From: Phoronis australis
Lineage: Eukaryota; Animalia; Phoronida
Reading direction: 5' to 3'
Assembly: GCA_002633005.1 (NCBI GenBank)
Contig: NMRA01000095.1
Coordinates: 525,889 to 589,888, forward strand
DNA length: 64,000 nt
Below the pieces are notes generated by a model that had not been told where the DNA came from, made no database searches, and saw only the letters and a list, made by a program, of their open reading frames with translations. Shown piece after piece: positions 12,201 through 24,082 of the stretch (the first letter of the stretch is position 1; every line of letters begins with the position of its first letter). Made by a program: the position numbers and the translations under genes.

Positions 12201-15200
12201 TTCGTAGTCAACCCACCATCTTGTAAAATTGAATTGTTTTCGTTGTGCTCCCTATCAGTCAAACTAAGCAGTTGTTACAACGAGTAGTGAAAGATTCAAT
12301 TTGCATGATTTTAAAAATATTCACTTTTGCATGCGCCCACCCAACCTAAAAAATGGGGAGGCTCGAATTTTTGAGAATGTGGACCTTTTACTAAGATTCA
12401 CTGGGTACATTCAGAGCTATGAATTGTGCATCCTTCAAATTTTGGTAGTTCCTGCCTTTTTAGTGGTCTTTTGTCTCATTTTCTGCTCTTTTGGAGTTTT
12501 TGTTTCTCTGAGGCAGACCTTTTTGCCCACTTTGCTCAAACGAGCCCCCCCCCCCTCCGTGGGTGCGTGCATGTTTTGTGCTTAATGTCTGCTGGATGTG
12601 TTTCGCATGTGTTTTTGGCATTTAGTTACCTATCAATGTTTTGCTTGTGTCCATTTTTTAACTTATAGCCACTGAAAACGACAGTTCTTTGTATTAATAT
12701 ATAAAATGGCCACCGGAGGACAAACCCCTGCTTTGTAAAACCATAATAACTTGTAGTAGTTGGGTTTGCTCTGTTTGTTTTTGTGAGGCACTGAAAACAC
12801 GTCTCTATATTCGCCATTTACATGTTGCTTCAACGTCTTCCAAACAATTTTCATAAGCTCATTAATTTGTGAAATGCTGAATAGCAAATCACACCATGCA
12901 ATATTTTCCATAGCTTTGAAGTCCAAGACTTTAACTACTACAAAATGCTTGGCTTGTCCATATTGATTTATGGATTCAAAACGATTATTTTAATACCACA
13001 GGAATAAAGTTGGCCCCAAACTAACTCATGTCTTGCCTAAAAATACTGATGCTCGTAGCAGACGACGGGGAGGATCATCTAAGGGTACGCCTAACACTTC
13101 AGACTGGTGAGTCTCATTTTCTAAAAGAATGCCTAACACTTCAGACTGGTGAATCTCATTTTCTAATGGCACGCCTAACACTTCAAACTGTTGAGTCTCA
13201 TTCAGTCTGTCAGTTTTCTTCTACTGCGGTAAAATCTCACAAATTTAGGGCACAACATGGCAGACATGTAAAATTTATGTTTTCACCTTTCTTCGTAAAA
13301 GGTAAATTGCACAAATAGTGGCATGTATACCATATCTACCACTGGACAATGTATTGAGAAAGTACGGGCATTCACGGCGATGTTGGGATAATTTGAAAAT
13401 GAAAGAAGGTAAATTTTGGAAATTATTTTTGTCCAAAATTAGTGAGATTTTACCATAGAACAACTTGAGTGTGGTCGGCACTTTTCAATCCTAGTTTAAA
13501 GCTGCGCTTCCCATTCTGCTGAATTGTGAAATATTGAGAAACTTGATATTTGAGTCTAACAAACTGGATGTTGAAATGTCCTGGCCATGATGGTATTATT
13601 TTTATCATTTGTTTGAAACTTAGAGACAACCTGCACTTGAATTAAACCAGTGAGATTTTGATAGACCTAGCCAGACGTTTGATCTTTTAATAAAAAATTA
13701 CTTGTAAGTTGACTTTGTGCCAATAGAAGTTCATGGTAAGGGAATTTTTTAAGGTTGAGTTTGTTGGGGCGATTTGCCCAGTTTTGTTTTTTGTCAGGGA
13801 ACTAAAACAAAGAGAAATGCAGTTTTAAATTGCTGTCAAATCTGCACGTAACACTGCTTACTTCATCGTAGCTTTTTTTCCATTTCTGGGAAATTACAAG
13901 AATAATTGCTTTGGCTGGCTTTTATGTCGCCGTGTTTGGCTTAGTCTTGTCAGGTCATCCAGGTCAACCAGCTGAAACATCTGATTGGTTTGCGAGCCGC
14001 ACGTCATCGTTTGGAACCAATCAAATATTGAGGAAGGTTGACTTGATACGGTTGACCCAGCAAGGCCAGTAACTGTAATCCGGCTCAAGAAAGTGAATAA
14101 TGTCAACACACCTTCAGTGGTTTCCATATGCATTGCAGGACGGACGGTCATTCAGATGGGCAGGACAAGTTGTTCATCAAGAACAACCCTTTGCTGAGGT
14201 GGAATCCTAATGAATACAAAAGTGACAGAAGCGACAAAGGTAAAAAAAATCAACGGTGTTACAGTAAAAAGTCTTCAGTTTGGGACGTAAATTGCTGTAT
14301 CTTTTTTCAGAGGCTCACCACATTGTTGCAAATGCTCAAACTTTTACCAAGTGTTGTTTGCCAATAGCTACGCCATACAAACCAGGCTTAAAGCGTGCGG
14401 AGAAATGTGACGAAATGAAATTTCACCTGTCTACCTATTGTGTCCCAAAATGAAGAATTCTTAGGGTACAAGACACAAATGTGTCCATTATTTCTGACAC
14501 TAGAAATTTATATTTTTTAATCAAATATTTTCAGTAGTTGGTACAGATGTTTTGTTAACTACGTTTAAGTCTATATCGTCAGTGAGTGTCAGGTGTCTTT
14601 CTGTGACATTTTTGTGACTCAAGAGTGACATAGGTAACCATAGGGAAATAAATCCTTCTTGAGAAATCATCCTCTAAAACATGGCATCTCATGATGAGAC
14701 TTTACTATGTTCCATCTGCAAGGCTCAACAGGGAAGCAAGCGAGCTGTCAACGGAATAAATAGAGCGACTGATCACGTTAGCATTGTTAAAGGTTACCAC
14801 CATTGATAAATAAGGATGGGCAAGAAACGGAATTTGATTCTATACCCTGTCAGAGATTTATGGTAAAAATTGTCCAATTTGAAACAGTCTGTTGAATTTG
14901 GGACATGGAAACTCCCGGAAAAAGCAATTTTTTTTATTCTGGAATTTTAACAAGGGCGATTTTGGCATTCACCATATTTCTCAAATTTTGGACAATGTGT
15001 TTTCAATCTACAGAGTGGGCAGTTTTGTCATATTTCTGATGATCCTTGAATTTGGGACGGCCAATAGTGTGTATTTCTAGAATTTGGGACAAGCTCTGAC
15101 ATTGACCTAAGTATTGAATTTTTCACTGTCCCAAATTGGAGTTTGAAAATGTGTCGCTGATACTGAGTTTCGATATGCGGATCTCTTTATTATTTTTAAA

Positions 15201-17049
15201 GTCATTCCTGTATGAAGGGGTGACCTAGAATATTTTGAATAGTAAACAGAAGGTTTTTATGTGGGTAGTAAATCGTGGCATTTTCAATTCATGTCTATTT
15301 TGTTGCGTTATGCATTAAATCATGACTGGGGTATGGTTTAATACCCCATTTAGATTGTACAATAATCGAGTTCAAGTTGCTCCAGAAAGAGATTATCCTG
15401 GCTTTTGTCGCAAGTTGTTCTCAAACAAAGTTACTTTAATTGACACTACGCTGAGTAGATACTCTCTGTGATGGTTTTACACCGAGTTCTGCAGCAAACG
15501 TCGTCAACCTGTGTGTGTTTCCTTTTAGAATCGTCTGGTCCCAAGCACACTCCTCTTATTGTGACCTCTGGGTCAAAGGGGAAAGAAGAGGTCAACGGTG
15601 TCATGTGGAGTCCCTACACAGCAGGGGATGAGATAGCAAGACTGTCTCCTACTAAGGAGCCTGTGAGTAACTGTTTCACCATTTTGAATTGTTTATCCCA
15701 CTAATGCAGAGACATGAAAGGCTCTTTACCAAAATAACGTCATGCAAGGCAGTTGTGCAAAGAATGTTTTGTGTCCTTTTTCATCAGTTGTTTCCATTGG
15801 TGAATATATCTTTAAAGTTAAGCTTGACGGTCTATTGTATGTTGGGGGTTCATGACTCTGATTAAAGCATTGAAATGAAACCTGGTATGTTATGTGTTCA
15901 TACTATGCATTTAATGCCATTCCATGCCAGCCAGTCAGTCGAAATTTGAATATAAACAGCCATTTGGTTTTTGGTTTTGGGATTCAAAAAATTACCCAAG
16001 TTACAACCGCACTGCATCAATAAAAAAACAAAATCAAATAAAGCCTTGTACTCTTGCTAAGTCAGTCTCATAGTATTCCGTGCCCTGATAGGATTCTATT
16101 TCCATCACCAACTCGAGGGTTGCAGGTGAAAACATTCTTGTTGGTAACGGAAATAGAATGCTATTGCAGTAAGGAATATTATGAGGCCAATTTAACCAAA
16201 TAACAGGGAACAATGCTGGTTTTAAGTTAGTAACAATATGTGTTTGCAATCAGGAACGTGTTTTGTATACTTGAAGCCTGTACACATTGTATTGTTCTTC
16301 TGCAGGGTTACATTCCCGGGGGTTTACAGACCTCGCCAAATAACACACTACACCACACACCACCCTCGTCCATACGTCCAACGCCTCCTGTTCATGAGCC
16401 CCCCGTACCCGTTGTCATGCAGACAGGCTACATGTTTGGCAACCCCCCGGAGGGTGACCGATACTCCAGTGTCGTCATGAGCACACGAATGTTTGACTCT
16501 GCGGCGGCGGACCGACCGCGTGTTCCTACACCTCCTCAGTCGCGATCATTCACGCCTCCTGTGAGAGACGTTCGACGATCCTTTGTGCCATTAAAAACTT
16601 TGCCAGTGACTTCACTGAATAAAACCCCACCCAGTGTGATGAGCCATTCAGGTCCTCTGACTCATAATCCACGACTTGGAACATTGAACCAATCCGCTGC
16701 ATTGACACATAACCCAAGGACTCATCTTGGAGTGAGTAGCCTAGCCTCACATTCCAGCACCAGTTGGAAGCCGCAAGACTATGGTGCCTTTTCATCCCCT
16801 GTTACTGCATCGCGACACCCCGACACAAAACAGACTCCCGTTGAGAGTATTGAAATGCAAGAATCATTTCAACCTAGGACTTCTAGTCAACTGGACATGT
16901 CTTATAAGGAAGACAGGGATGAAGTAGATGTCATCCGTAACACTGTGACGCCATCCACATCACAGCCTCTAATGAAGTCAATAAGACAGGAATTGATGAG
17001 GCTTGCTAACAGATCTACTCCTGTGCAGGAGTTCCGTCCATCGCCATAG
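1..17049 (+). CDS. KIAA1549: KIAA1549/UPF0606-family single-pass membrane protein with mucin-like ectodomain; 14 exons in window, 5793 nt (1930 aa plus stop), probably starting upstream of the window
   Basis: join(1..3292,4413..4675,5370..5544 [or duplicate 5739..5913],6276..6487,6751..6896,8052..8200,8896..9062,9854..9953,10818..10911,11666..11762,12069..12187,14139..14239,15529..15662,16306..17049). All junctions are GT-AG and phase-consistent. Motifs resemble KIAA1549/KIAA1549L: TM LWIIGA...IYFRMCR, KADIERWRNKQRAR, ARDRMHKLLDDAF, C-terminal LMKSIRQELMRLA. No signal peptide at position 1. Confidence 0.85.
1039..2556 (+). repeat. Coding VNTR, about 11 x 138 bp (46 aa: TSTEPDTSSSNIISTPSTTTSIGLSTSLLETSANTDPSVTTSSTNI)
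   Basis: acatcaacagagcct recurs at 1039, 1177, 1315 ... 2419 with a 138-bp period; degenerate units lie upstream (about 560-1030). Confidence 0.95.
4413..4675 (+). CDS. KIAA1549-like exon (juxtamembrane SEA-like region, three R-x-K-R sites)
   Basis: Acceptor tttcag 4412, donor gtatgt 4676; VRVKLDEDVSTPGFKTKMESKLAEAY...RHKRAANVSDVTVV. Confidence 0.85.
4913..5038. repeat. 30-bp minisatellite x4 (tacatcggagtgtatgaacacgcaacactt), intronic
   Basis: Directly visible head-to-tail copies with no spacers. Confidence 0.95.
5370..5544 (+). CDS. KIAA1549-like exon (copy 1)
   Basis: Acceptor cctcag, donor gtaact; MVNIRRLEKETSQSTNLTYYIVKGDNVVPVATAVNVMNQYDAQELGLKLGYYVETPAQ. Confidence 0.8.
5739..5913 (+). 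CDS. KIAA1549-like exon (copy 2, same peptide)
   Basis: Identical peptide with one synonymous AAT/AAC difference. Confidence 0.7.
6276..6487 (+). CDS. KIAA1549-like exon with the transmembrane helix
   Basis: Acceptor tgcag 6275; LWIIGAAIGGFVFLVIVLWLILFIYFRMCR; donor gtttgt 6488. Confidence 0.9.
6751..6896 (+). CDS. KIAA1549-like cytoplasmic exon
   Basis: ttgtag acceptor, gtatgt donor, phase 0 to 2; GYGPPPKSAPQPAYRARQETLRERARYLEDGLDF... Confidence 0.7.
7434..7659. mobile_element. Putative MITE with terminal inverted repeats
   Basis: 5' ggcctattccaagaagactgactta versus 3' cttaagttggtttcttggaacgggcccc; internal cttaag-rich repeats. Confidence 0.5.
8052..8200 (+). CDS. KIAA1549-like cytoplasmic exon
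   Basis: ttccag acceptor, gtatgg donor, phase 2 to 1; KQISYESEVSEAWTEATEDETRG... Confidence 0.7.
8896..9062 (+). CDS. KIAA1549-like cytoplasmic exon
   Basis: ttcacag acceptor, gtcagt donor, phase 1 to 0; VQPSPHTPGSVPSK...SLGSE. Confidence 0.7.
9854..9953 (+). CDS. KIAA1549-like exon (conserved KADIERWRNK motif)
   Basis: ttccag acceptor, gtgaga donor; LSHSLKQKADIERWRNKQRARG. Confidence 0.85.
10818..10911 (+). CDS. KIAA1549-like exon
   Basis: Strong polypyrimidine tract plus cag, gtaagc donor; DLARSRKDIDRTLGVANSDDSLPAVFKSAKSK. Confidence 0.8.
11666..11762 (+). CDS. KIAA1549-like exon
   Basis: ttgcag acceptor, gtaggt donor, phase 2 to 0; KKKKAHNTSGVDADALEKLLSEIKHQRDGSYS. Confidence 0.7.
11746..11918 (+). 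repeat. About 41-bp G-rich minisatellite x4 spanning an exon/intron junction
   Basis: Unit approximately gggatgggagttattcggtaggtgtttgtacagttgtgtcg. Confidence 0.9.
12069..12187 (+). CDS. KIAA1549-like exon (conserved MHxLLDDAF motif)
   Basis: NEGFTTDTADTEADDKSVDRARDRMHKLLDDAFPLSAKK; gtacca donor at 12188. Confidence 0.85.
12330..12573. mobile_element. MITE family A (CATGCGCGCACCC TIRs)
   Basis: catgcgcccaccc ... gggtgcgtgcatg, flanked by ttttg on both sides; related copies at 22033, 22892 and 49870. Confidence 0.7.
13088..13203. repeat. 42-bp minisatellite x3
   Basis: cgcctaacacttcagactggtgagtctcattttctaa repeated. Confidence 0.85.
14139..14239 (+). CDS. KIAA1549-like exon
   Basis: ttgcag acceptor, gtaaaa donor; phase 2 to 1 bridges the flanking exons exactly; TDGHSDGQDKLFIKNNPLLRWNPNEYKSDRSDK. 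Confidence 0.7.
15529..15662 (+). CDS. KIAA1549-like exon
   Basis: ttttag acceptor, gtgagt donor; SSGPKHTPLIVTSGSKGKEEVNGVMWSPYTAGDEIARLSPTKEP. Confidence 0.75.
16306..17049 (+). CDS. KIAA1549-like terminal exon
   Basis: ctgcag acceptor; Pro/Ser-rich, ends SQPLMKSIRQELMRLANRSTPVQEFRPSP-TAG. Confidence 0.85.
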   Translation, partial: GYIPGGLQTSPNNTLHHTPPSSIRPTPPVHEPPVPVVMQTGYMFGNPPEGDRYSSVVMSTRMFDSAAADRPRVPTPPQSRSFTPPVRDVRRSFVPLKTLPVTSLNKTPPSVMSHSGPLTHNPRLGTLNQSAALTHNPRTHLGVSSLASHSSTSWKPQDYGAFSSPVTASRHPDTKQTPVESIEMQESFQPRTSSQLDMSYKEDRDEVDVIRNTVTPSTSQPLMKSIRQELMRLANRSTPVQEFRPSP

Positions 17050-17871
17050 CGATGATAATATGCATATTGCCATAGCAACAACATAGGTATCTCTTCTCAC
17101 TCTATCTCAATAATCCGTCCCATAACTGAGTGAGAAATGAAGGATGTATTTCCATGAAAACAGAAGATGTGTTTTATTTCATCCTCTGTATATTACACTT
17201 TTTTCAAAAGAAGTCTCATGTATAGATGCAGGTCACAATATATATATTTTTTGTTTTATGGCTTCACTTCTGTGCTATTCGTGATCATCAGTCCTGCATT
17301 TTTAATTTTATTTCTGTTGTTCAACTCAATTTTATACTACTATATGAAATGTCCTTATGAATCTTTAGTGTACCTCACTGTGTATAATGTTTGTTTCTTG
17401 CCATTCCCTCTTATAGCTTGGCCAATCAATTTTTCACTGCAAAATATTTTTACCGTAGTGCCATATTTTGCAATGTTTACTTGTAGTTTCTTATCACTGC
17501 GAAGTATTGTATTTTACTGTGTAGTGTACTCTAGTGTATGTATTTAGCCGTCTTGGTAGCTGTTTGGTTTGGCCTTAATTTAGTACATTGCTGTTTGCAT
17601 AATTGCTTGAAATCTTGACAGGTATTTGTTGCTGAAATGTTTAATTACAAGTTTGAGGATCAGTAGATGGTGAGGTAGTGTGGAGCATGGGAGGTATGAA
17701 AGGTATGTGATCTATTTATTGTATTGCGTGTTATGATGGCTTGCAAAACATTACTGTAATATTGTGATGATCTGTTGATAATTAGGTTCTTAATGAAAAC
17801 ATTAGGTTCGTTTTTAAGCATTCTTCCATGGAGATGAATGTCATGTTATTGTTATTTTTATAAAGTTGACA

Positions 17872-17877
17872 AATAAA
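17872..17877 (+). terminator. Candidate polyadenylation signal of the KIAA1549-like gene
   Basis: AATAAA after about 820 nt of T-rich UTR-like sequence. Confidence 0.4.
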
Positions 17878-18859
17878 TCAATCATAATTTAGGACTCAAT
17901 GGTGGTCGTATTTATTACTATATTGACAGTAGTGTTGGATTTAGATTGACAAAAGCGTTTATAAAANCCATCCCTGCATCGGTCTCTAGAAATCCACCTG
18001 TGCGAAGGAGACCATGTAAAGGTAGCGTTCACTCTATTCGGCACTCCTGGTTACGATTTACGCCCGTTCAGGCGTACTAGTGGTAGCTGCTCAACTTCGT
18101 CCTTCCCGGTCTCCACCAAGCTTCACGAAATACTGGACAGCGAATTTGGTCGTGAAGAGATACCACACATTGGGTCTTTGTTCGTTATCGTGGAATCAGG
18201 GTCCCTAGTAGATAATTGCTCGTTTCTTGCTATTTCACACAAACGGTAGGACTGGGCGTTTAACAATAGAGCCAGATTTTGTTGCCCGTTGTCTGGAAAA
18301 CCTACCAGACGACGACAGGTCGTAATGCAACAATTGGGAGTGGTTCTACGTCAGTACATAACGCCAGTAGACGTGAATAAAATACCACAGTTTACGTATT
18401 TGCATGGCCGTCGGTCTTTCTGTATCTTGTTATCTTTCTGCTACTCGTTGAAAAGATTTCCTGGACATTAAAATTGCTGTCATCCGGAGACTACCACGGC
18501 ATTTCCACCAGCTCTGTATCAGGAAAAACGTTTTACAGGGATATTACCTCATGTGGTCTTGGTTGTGAGAGTTTGTCTGCTAGAGTTCTAGCTATTTGAG
18601 AATCTGTTTCCAAAAATCTTGAGTGAAATAATCTCTGGTAATATTGTCGTCATCAATACGTGATTTTAGGCAAGTGTGCGGGGATTTGAATTATAGAATT
18701 TGCGATGTATCAGTAGATGTCAATTGTTAGTTAACACCTACTGTTTTCGAATGTCAGTATAGTCTAATATCAATGAGTGTAGATAAAACGAACAAATTAA
18801 CTCTAATACGATATTACCCAGACAATCCCACCGTAAGCAATGGTTGATTTGGTATATCT

Positions 18860-19012
18860 TACGTTTGTGTATGTACGTATGTATATACTTGGTTGATGGC
18901 ACGGTTGTACTTTTTGCTAGACAGCTTAATTTGTACTGGCTCTATGTATGTATATGTTTGTATGAATGTATGTATGTTTGTATGTATGTACGTACGTGCG
19001 TTTGTGTGTATC
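18860..19012. repeat. Degenerate (TATG)n microsatellite
   Basis: tgtatgtatg runs. Confidence 0.75.
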
Positions 19013-19578
19013 GGGATAAACCAAATCAACCACTGCTTATATTGGGATTGTTTGGCTAATATCGTATTAGAAAGTTTACTTTATTCGTTGTTTTTTCTAC
19101 ACTCCTTTGAAACTCCTTTGAAAGGAGGCGTTTGTTTCTTTCGCTTATGTCAAATGTTCCGAAACTAGACCTGTAACCAGCAGTTTGTACACGTGTGTCA
19201 CCGGGACTACGATACTGGAGTCCCATGTTAGTGAATGTACTCGAGGGGTTCAGTTTCGGACGGGTTCTTTTAGTTTCATTCTTTTATATCAATTGTTTAT
19301 CCCGAAACTGAAACCGTTACACAATTCAACTCGACTTGTGTTGGCGGGTCTTCAGTGACACCTGTAAGCGTATGGTTCAATGAGGCTCGCTTCAATGTGC
19401 CTGTCAGAATGCATCCTGAGATTATATTTTTGAGCATTTATTTAGTACTCAAACACAGACAAACGAGCACTGAAACTGAACCGGAAGTATTACGAAATAT
19501 AAGTTGATGTTAACTGCTTTCCCAGTCTCTCACATTCACCCCGGGTCACTATATTTTCAGTCTTCTTTGTGAACAGAA

Positions 19579-19724
19579 CAGAGGCGGATTTACGAGGTTT
19601 AANCAAAAATAAAAATTACAAAAAATGTCGCCAGGTAAACGAAATCAGCTACAAAAACAAAGAAAATTTGAACAGGAAGGCGGAAATCCTAACCCCCCTT
19701 ACTGAAAACGTTGATCTGCCACTG
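19579..19724. mobile_element. Short TIR element remnant (CAG.GGCGGAT...ATCTGCCACTG), spans an N join
   Basis: cagaggcggattta ... gatctgccactg inverted termini. Confidence 0.4.
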
Positions 19725-22032
19725 AAAAAACATGGGGTCCACCGACCGTTGAAAATTTGCAATTGGCAGTTTTTTGGAAAATATTTTTTTCAATTTTGTA
19801 ACATTCAAATATTTATGTTTTTAGTAAACTAAAATATGGAAAGCCGACATTTCAGTTTGACAAATCTGGCATTCTGTGTGATACTCCGGCAATATTTTTG
19901 ATTGCCAGTCATACAATTTACATAAATTTGAACATTACGCCGGCCATTTTTCACTAAATTGACTTCCCAGATTACACGTACGGAAATGTGCAACTTCGAA
20001 CTTGCATCGAACCTTTTCCATTTGTAAAATACACCAGTAATAGAAGAGGTGGCAATGTCAAAGTAAAATTCTAAAAGTTCATGATCACCGACAAGTCAGA
20101 TTTGGGTCAGGCTAACAAGGGCATTAGCCTGTCGGGAAGAGTGTTTCAACGGGATAGCCTCTCGTTGCTTGTCTCGGCAGAACCCGTGTACCGTCAGGGA
20201 AATTCCAGGCTTTTTGTTAAACTGGCAATTTTCACTATGCAAGCAAAAGATAAGAAGATGGTGACGTCAGCCATGACTTGATCTCGAATTCATGGAATTT
20301 GACTGATCCTTGTTGGCAAGATTAATCGAGCCCCAGTTCTCAAGCTTTGCAATTAATTCGATCGGGGTGGTGAGCTTTATTCAAGGTTCAACTCTAAGCA
20401 CGGCTGCGATATGACGCGGGGATCCGCAACGTGTTGATTTTGATCAGGGACAATATTGGCCTAGTTGTCTTGACAACGATTTCAAAAGAAAACTGCCGGC
20501 TTTGCTTCGTGAAGAAAACAGATAGTCAGCTTGAATTATCACATTAGTGACCCGGCAGCAATCTTGAAACATTGCACAATACCGGGTTACCAGGAAGTAA
20601 ATTTCATTTTACTTCGTTACCCAACGAATGTTCGTGACAAATAACGTCTGCTTCCACAATTTTGTGTGCCCGCCCACGAGCGAAGTTCAGTTGAAGTACA
20701 CGATTTCAGCTTATGGACGATATGATTGCGTTTCCTGTATTTAAAACAAGTTTTACTGCGCTTTTGCCACTTTTCTCTAATGGCGGACTGCGTGACAAGT
20801 TCATATCACTCAGATGACAAAATCAACTCAAAACCCGAAGTGCTGGTTGATCCCGACGGACACCACCGATTTAATTCCAAAGCGCTGCATGCTTTGTTCG
20901 CACAATGCTCTCTTCTGTTTTTTAAAAAACAATTGAACCGCAAGATTGGGAAGGTTAAACGCCTGGTTATAAGCCTGCATTCCTAACAAGAACTGCGGAA
21001 CATTTGTTTTATCGTCATAAAATTTGTCTTTGTTTGTTCCTTTACTTAGCTTAAAACCGATTCTTGCCTTTGCAAGGAACTGACAGTTCGTCATTCGCTG
21101 AGAACATACTTGACAAAGTAAGATGACACGCCGTGACAAACCAACTATAACCGTTGAATCTTGGTCTAAAGCAATAACGAATTGTCAGTTCATAAACCCT
21201 GAAATCAGTCCGGCAAATTAGACTAAGGAACAGTTTAATACCCATTTCATAACCGTAAGGGGACTGGACTTGATCAAACGTTGTTTGGTGATGTAAAGTG
21301 AGTTTATAAAGACACATGTTGCAATGAACTGTGCAGTTTAGCAGACAGAAGGGGTCCAAAGTATTCGTTCTCAAGGCATTGTAACACAAGCCGAGAATCT
21401 TAACAAATTCACAATAGTTTGCGACTGTTCGAGCCACCCACAACAGCCACAACTAATTGGTGGACACGAAACGAAACCAAAACCAGACAAATGAAAACAA
21501 TTTCCTCCTTGTTTAAGTTTCGCAAAGCGGAGCTAAATCTTGTTCACTATATACGGCAGAGTAACTGATCCCGCTGGTTCCCTGAGTGCATGTCCAATAC
21601 AGGACTAGAGAGTAACTGATAAGGACTCCAACCGTGCGAGCATTGGCGATTCGTAATCAAATCACAAAAGCACAAATTACGGATTTTGTCTCTGATCACA
21701 GCTTATAACATCAAAAAGATTAATAACATATTCAACAGAAATCTAAAATTGCGTTTTCGGACAGGCGATAACATTCATTTAATCATATTTCCGGTTCACT
21801 CATTCTATTACGTCAGGGTAAGAAGTTTTTATATGCGCTGACTGTACGTGAAGCGATACCGAAGTTAGTTTACAGTGAAACAACACGTGTAGGTGCGATT
21901 ATGACAAACTAAACTACTACAGATATCGATAAATACAAAAGTTACATAATATGTTGAGCTGTACAGGTGGGTGACAATCTGCCAGACAACCAGCATTATG
22001 AGAGGTACAATGAAGCAAAGAGGGTACACTGG

Positions 22033-22285
22033 CATGCGTGCACCGAAGGGGGCTCGGGGGGGCTCGAAACGAGCCCCCCATTTGGCGATGTGGACAAAAA
22101 GGTCCACCTCTCCGAGAAAACGAGACAATAAGTCCACTCGAAAAAGCGCAAACACACAATTCGCAGCTCTGGACATGGTACCCCGTTTTTTTGTTAGTTC
22201 TTCTGCTGCTTTTGGCGGTAAAAGGTTCACATCGTCGGAAATTCGAGCCCCCATATTAAAGGCTTAAAGGCTGGGTGCGCGCATG
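22033..22285. mobile_element. MITE family A copy (opposite orientation)
   Basis: catgcgtgcacc ... gggtgcgcgcatg; internal sequence matches the reverse complement of 49870..50050. Confidence 0.75.
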
Positions 22286-22354
22286 GGGTATACACAATTG
22301 TGTTGAGAACTTGGAAGATAAGTAACAATATGCGGAAACAAAATAGCAACACCA

Positions 22355-22507
22355 GCCTCTCGTTCAGTAACGCTAGGACCTCGCTAAAAAGCAAGACTTC
22401 GCGAGATTACGTGAGATATTGCCGTGCATTTTAAATGAGAGCACGTGACTTTGACTAGGTTTTAGCTAGGTCCTAGCGTAGGTCCTAGCGTCTACTGAAC
22501 GCACGCC
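22355..22507. mobile_element. MITE family B (about 150 bp)
   Basis: TIR cgttcagtaacgctaggacct ... aggtcctagcgtctactgaacg; near-identical copy at 53909..54062. Confidence 0.8.
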
Positions 22508-22891
22508 GGGACAGCGACATGGGAAAATTGAGTGTAAACAGGAAAGGAAAGAAAATTGGTTTGAGGGAGGGAGGGAAATAGAAATTGATTGAAAACTTGA
22601 AACTTTAGTGCAGAGAATTGTGAAAGATGGACCAATGAGATTAATACAACTAGAGTTGAAGTCACGTGGTTTTCGTTGAGCGGAGTGGTCCGCCATCTTG
22701 CTGATGAACCATGTTATCTGGAGATGCGTGTGTACTGTGTAGTATCTAGGAACAAATATTGGTAACAACAGGAGATATCAAGTACAACCTTATAGCTTTT
22801 ATGTTAGGATCATCAAGTGCAAACTAGGATTTTTTGAAAATCATCCAAGAAAATCATTGCATACTTGAGCACAGAATTAAAAGGTCTTTAG

Positions 22892-23127
22892 CATGCGAGC
22901 ACCCAGCCTACAATATGACGTCGTGTGGACCTTTTGCTAACAAAAGAGCGGGCGGACTAAAAAAAAACAAAAAAACGGGAGTACCACTGTGAAGTGCGCG
23001 TTTAAGATTATTTAGTCCCATTTTCTTGGACATTTTGTCTCTCAGGGGCGGACTTTCTTGCCCACTTCCTCAAATGGGTGGCTCGTTCGAGCCCCCCGAG
23101 CCCCCCCCCCCCCTGGGTGCGCGCATG
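22892..23127. mobile_element. MITE family A copy
   Basis: catgcgagcaccc ... gggtgcgcgcatg flanked by 5-bp direct repeat tttag. Confidence 0.75.
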
Positions 23128-23691
23128 TTTAGTTATCAGCAGAAAACATAAAAAAATAGAAAAGAAAATTTGATTTCTAGTATAAAGATTAGACCCAGAA
23201 TCAATGATATAATTTTTGGTCTTGCGAGGTTTAAAAATTGAAACTGAAATAAAATGATTTTGTGGGTGAGAATCCGATCGCAGAAACAATTATTCAACTT
23301 CATTTGGTCCCTAGAACACCACTTAAGTCGATGTTTCATGGTCTTTTACTTGACTTTCCTTCTTAGTCTGATATATCTGTAAGGGTTTAGTGACCAAGAT
23401 ATCTGTTGTTTTCAAGCAACGACGAAACACAAAAAGTGACTACAAGATTAATAGTTGTGCATTTTTACAGAGTGGACACCAATTCGAAGATTTAATAAGA
23501 TAGCTAGGTTACTAAGAATAGAACAGGATCGAAGGAAGGGATACCCCAAGAATGCTACACTCCACAAAATTATATTGAGACGGCAGATGGGTTGTTTTTG
23601 TAGATTTCAAGAGATGGGACAAATGTTCTGTAGCCTGGCAAGCTATTAAAATCTGCAACTGTCTTACTAGAGGAAAACCATCATTTTTATA

Positions 23692-24082
23692 TTCTGTCCT
23701 GTTTATGGTCTTCCAATACTTACAGTGTATTATTCCTGAGTATGTAGGACAGGGCAGTTAGAGTTTATGACCGTTGAGTTTTGTCATATTTATTTTGTGG
23801 CGGAGTGTTCTCAATACAAATATACCTAGCAACATGTTCGTGTGCCAGTAAATTTCGGATCCAACTGAATTGAGGGATTAAATTGGAGTTTGTTGAAATC
23901 TGTCCTGTTTATGGTCTTCTAATACTTGCAGGACAGGGCAGGTAGAGTTTACGACCATTGAGCTTTGTCATTATATTTATTTTGTGGCGGGGTTTTGTCA
24001 ATATAAATGTACATAATTGTGTGCCAGTAAATGTCGGATTCAACTGAACTGAGGTAAAACTTTAGAGTTGGTTGAAATCTGA
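23692..24082. repeat. Diverged tandem duplication of about 200 bp
   Basis: tctgtcctgtttatggtctt...gttgaaatctg occurs twice (from about 23693 and 23899). Confidence 0.75.

Noticed and set aside
17167-17547. Hydrophobic 126-aa ORF after the KIAA1549-like stop
   Set aside because: T-rich 3' UTR composition gives F/L/Y-rich spurious ORFs
20828-21460. Possible THAP-like or transposase remnant on the minus strand (AVVGGSN, ICRTDF, VCSQ)
   Set aside because: Motifs lie in different frames and are too degenerate to support without a profile search
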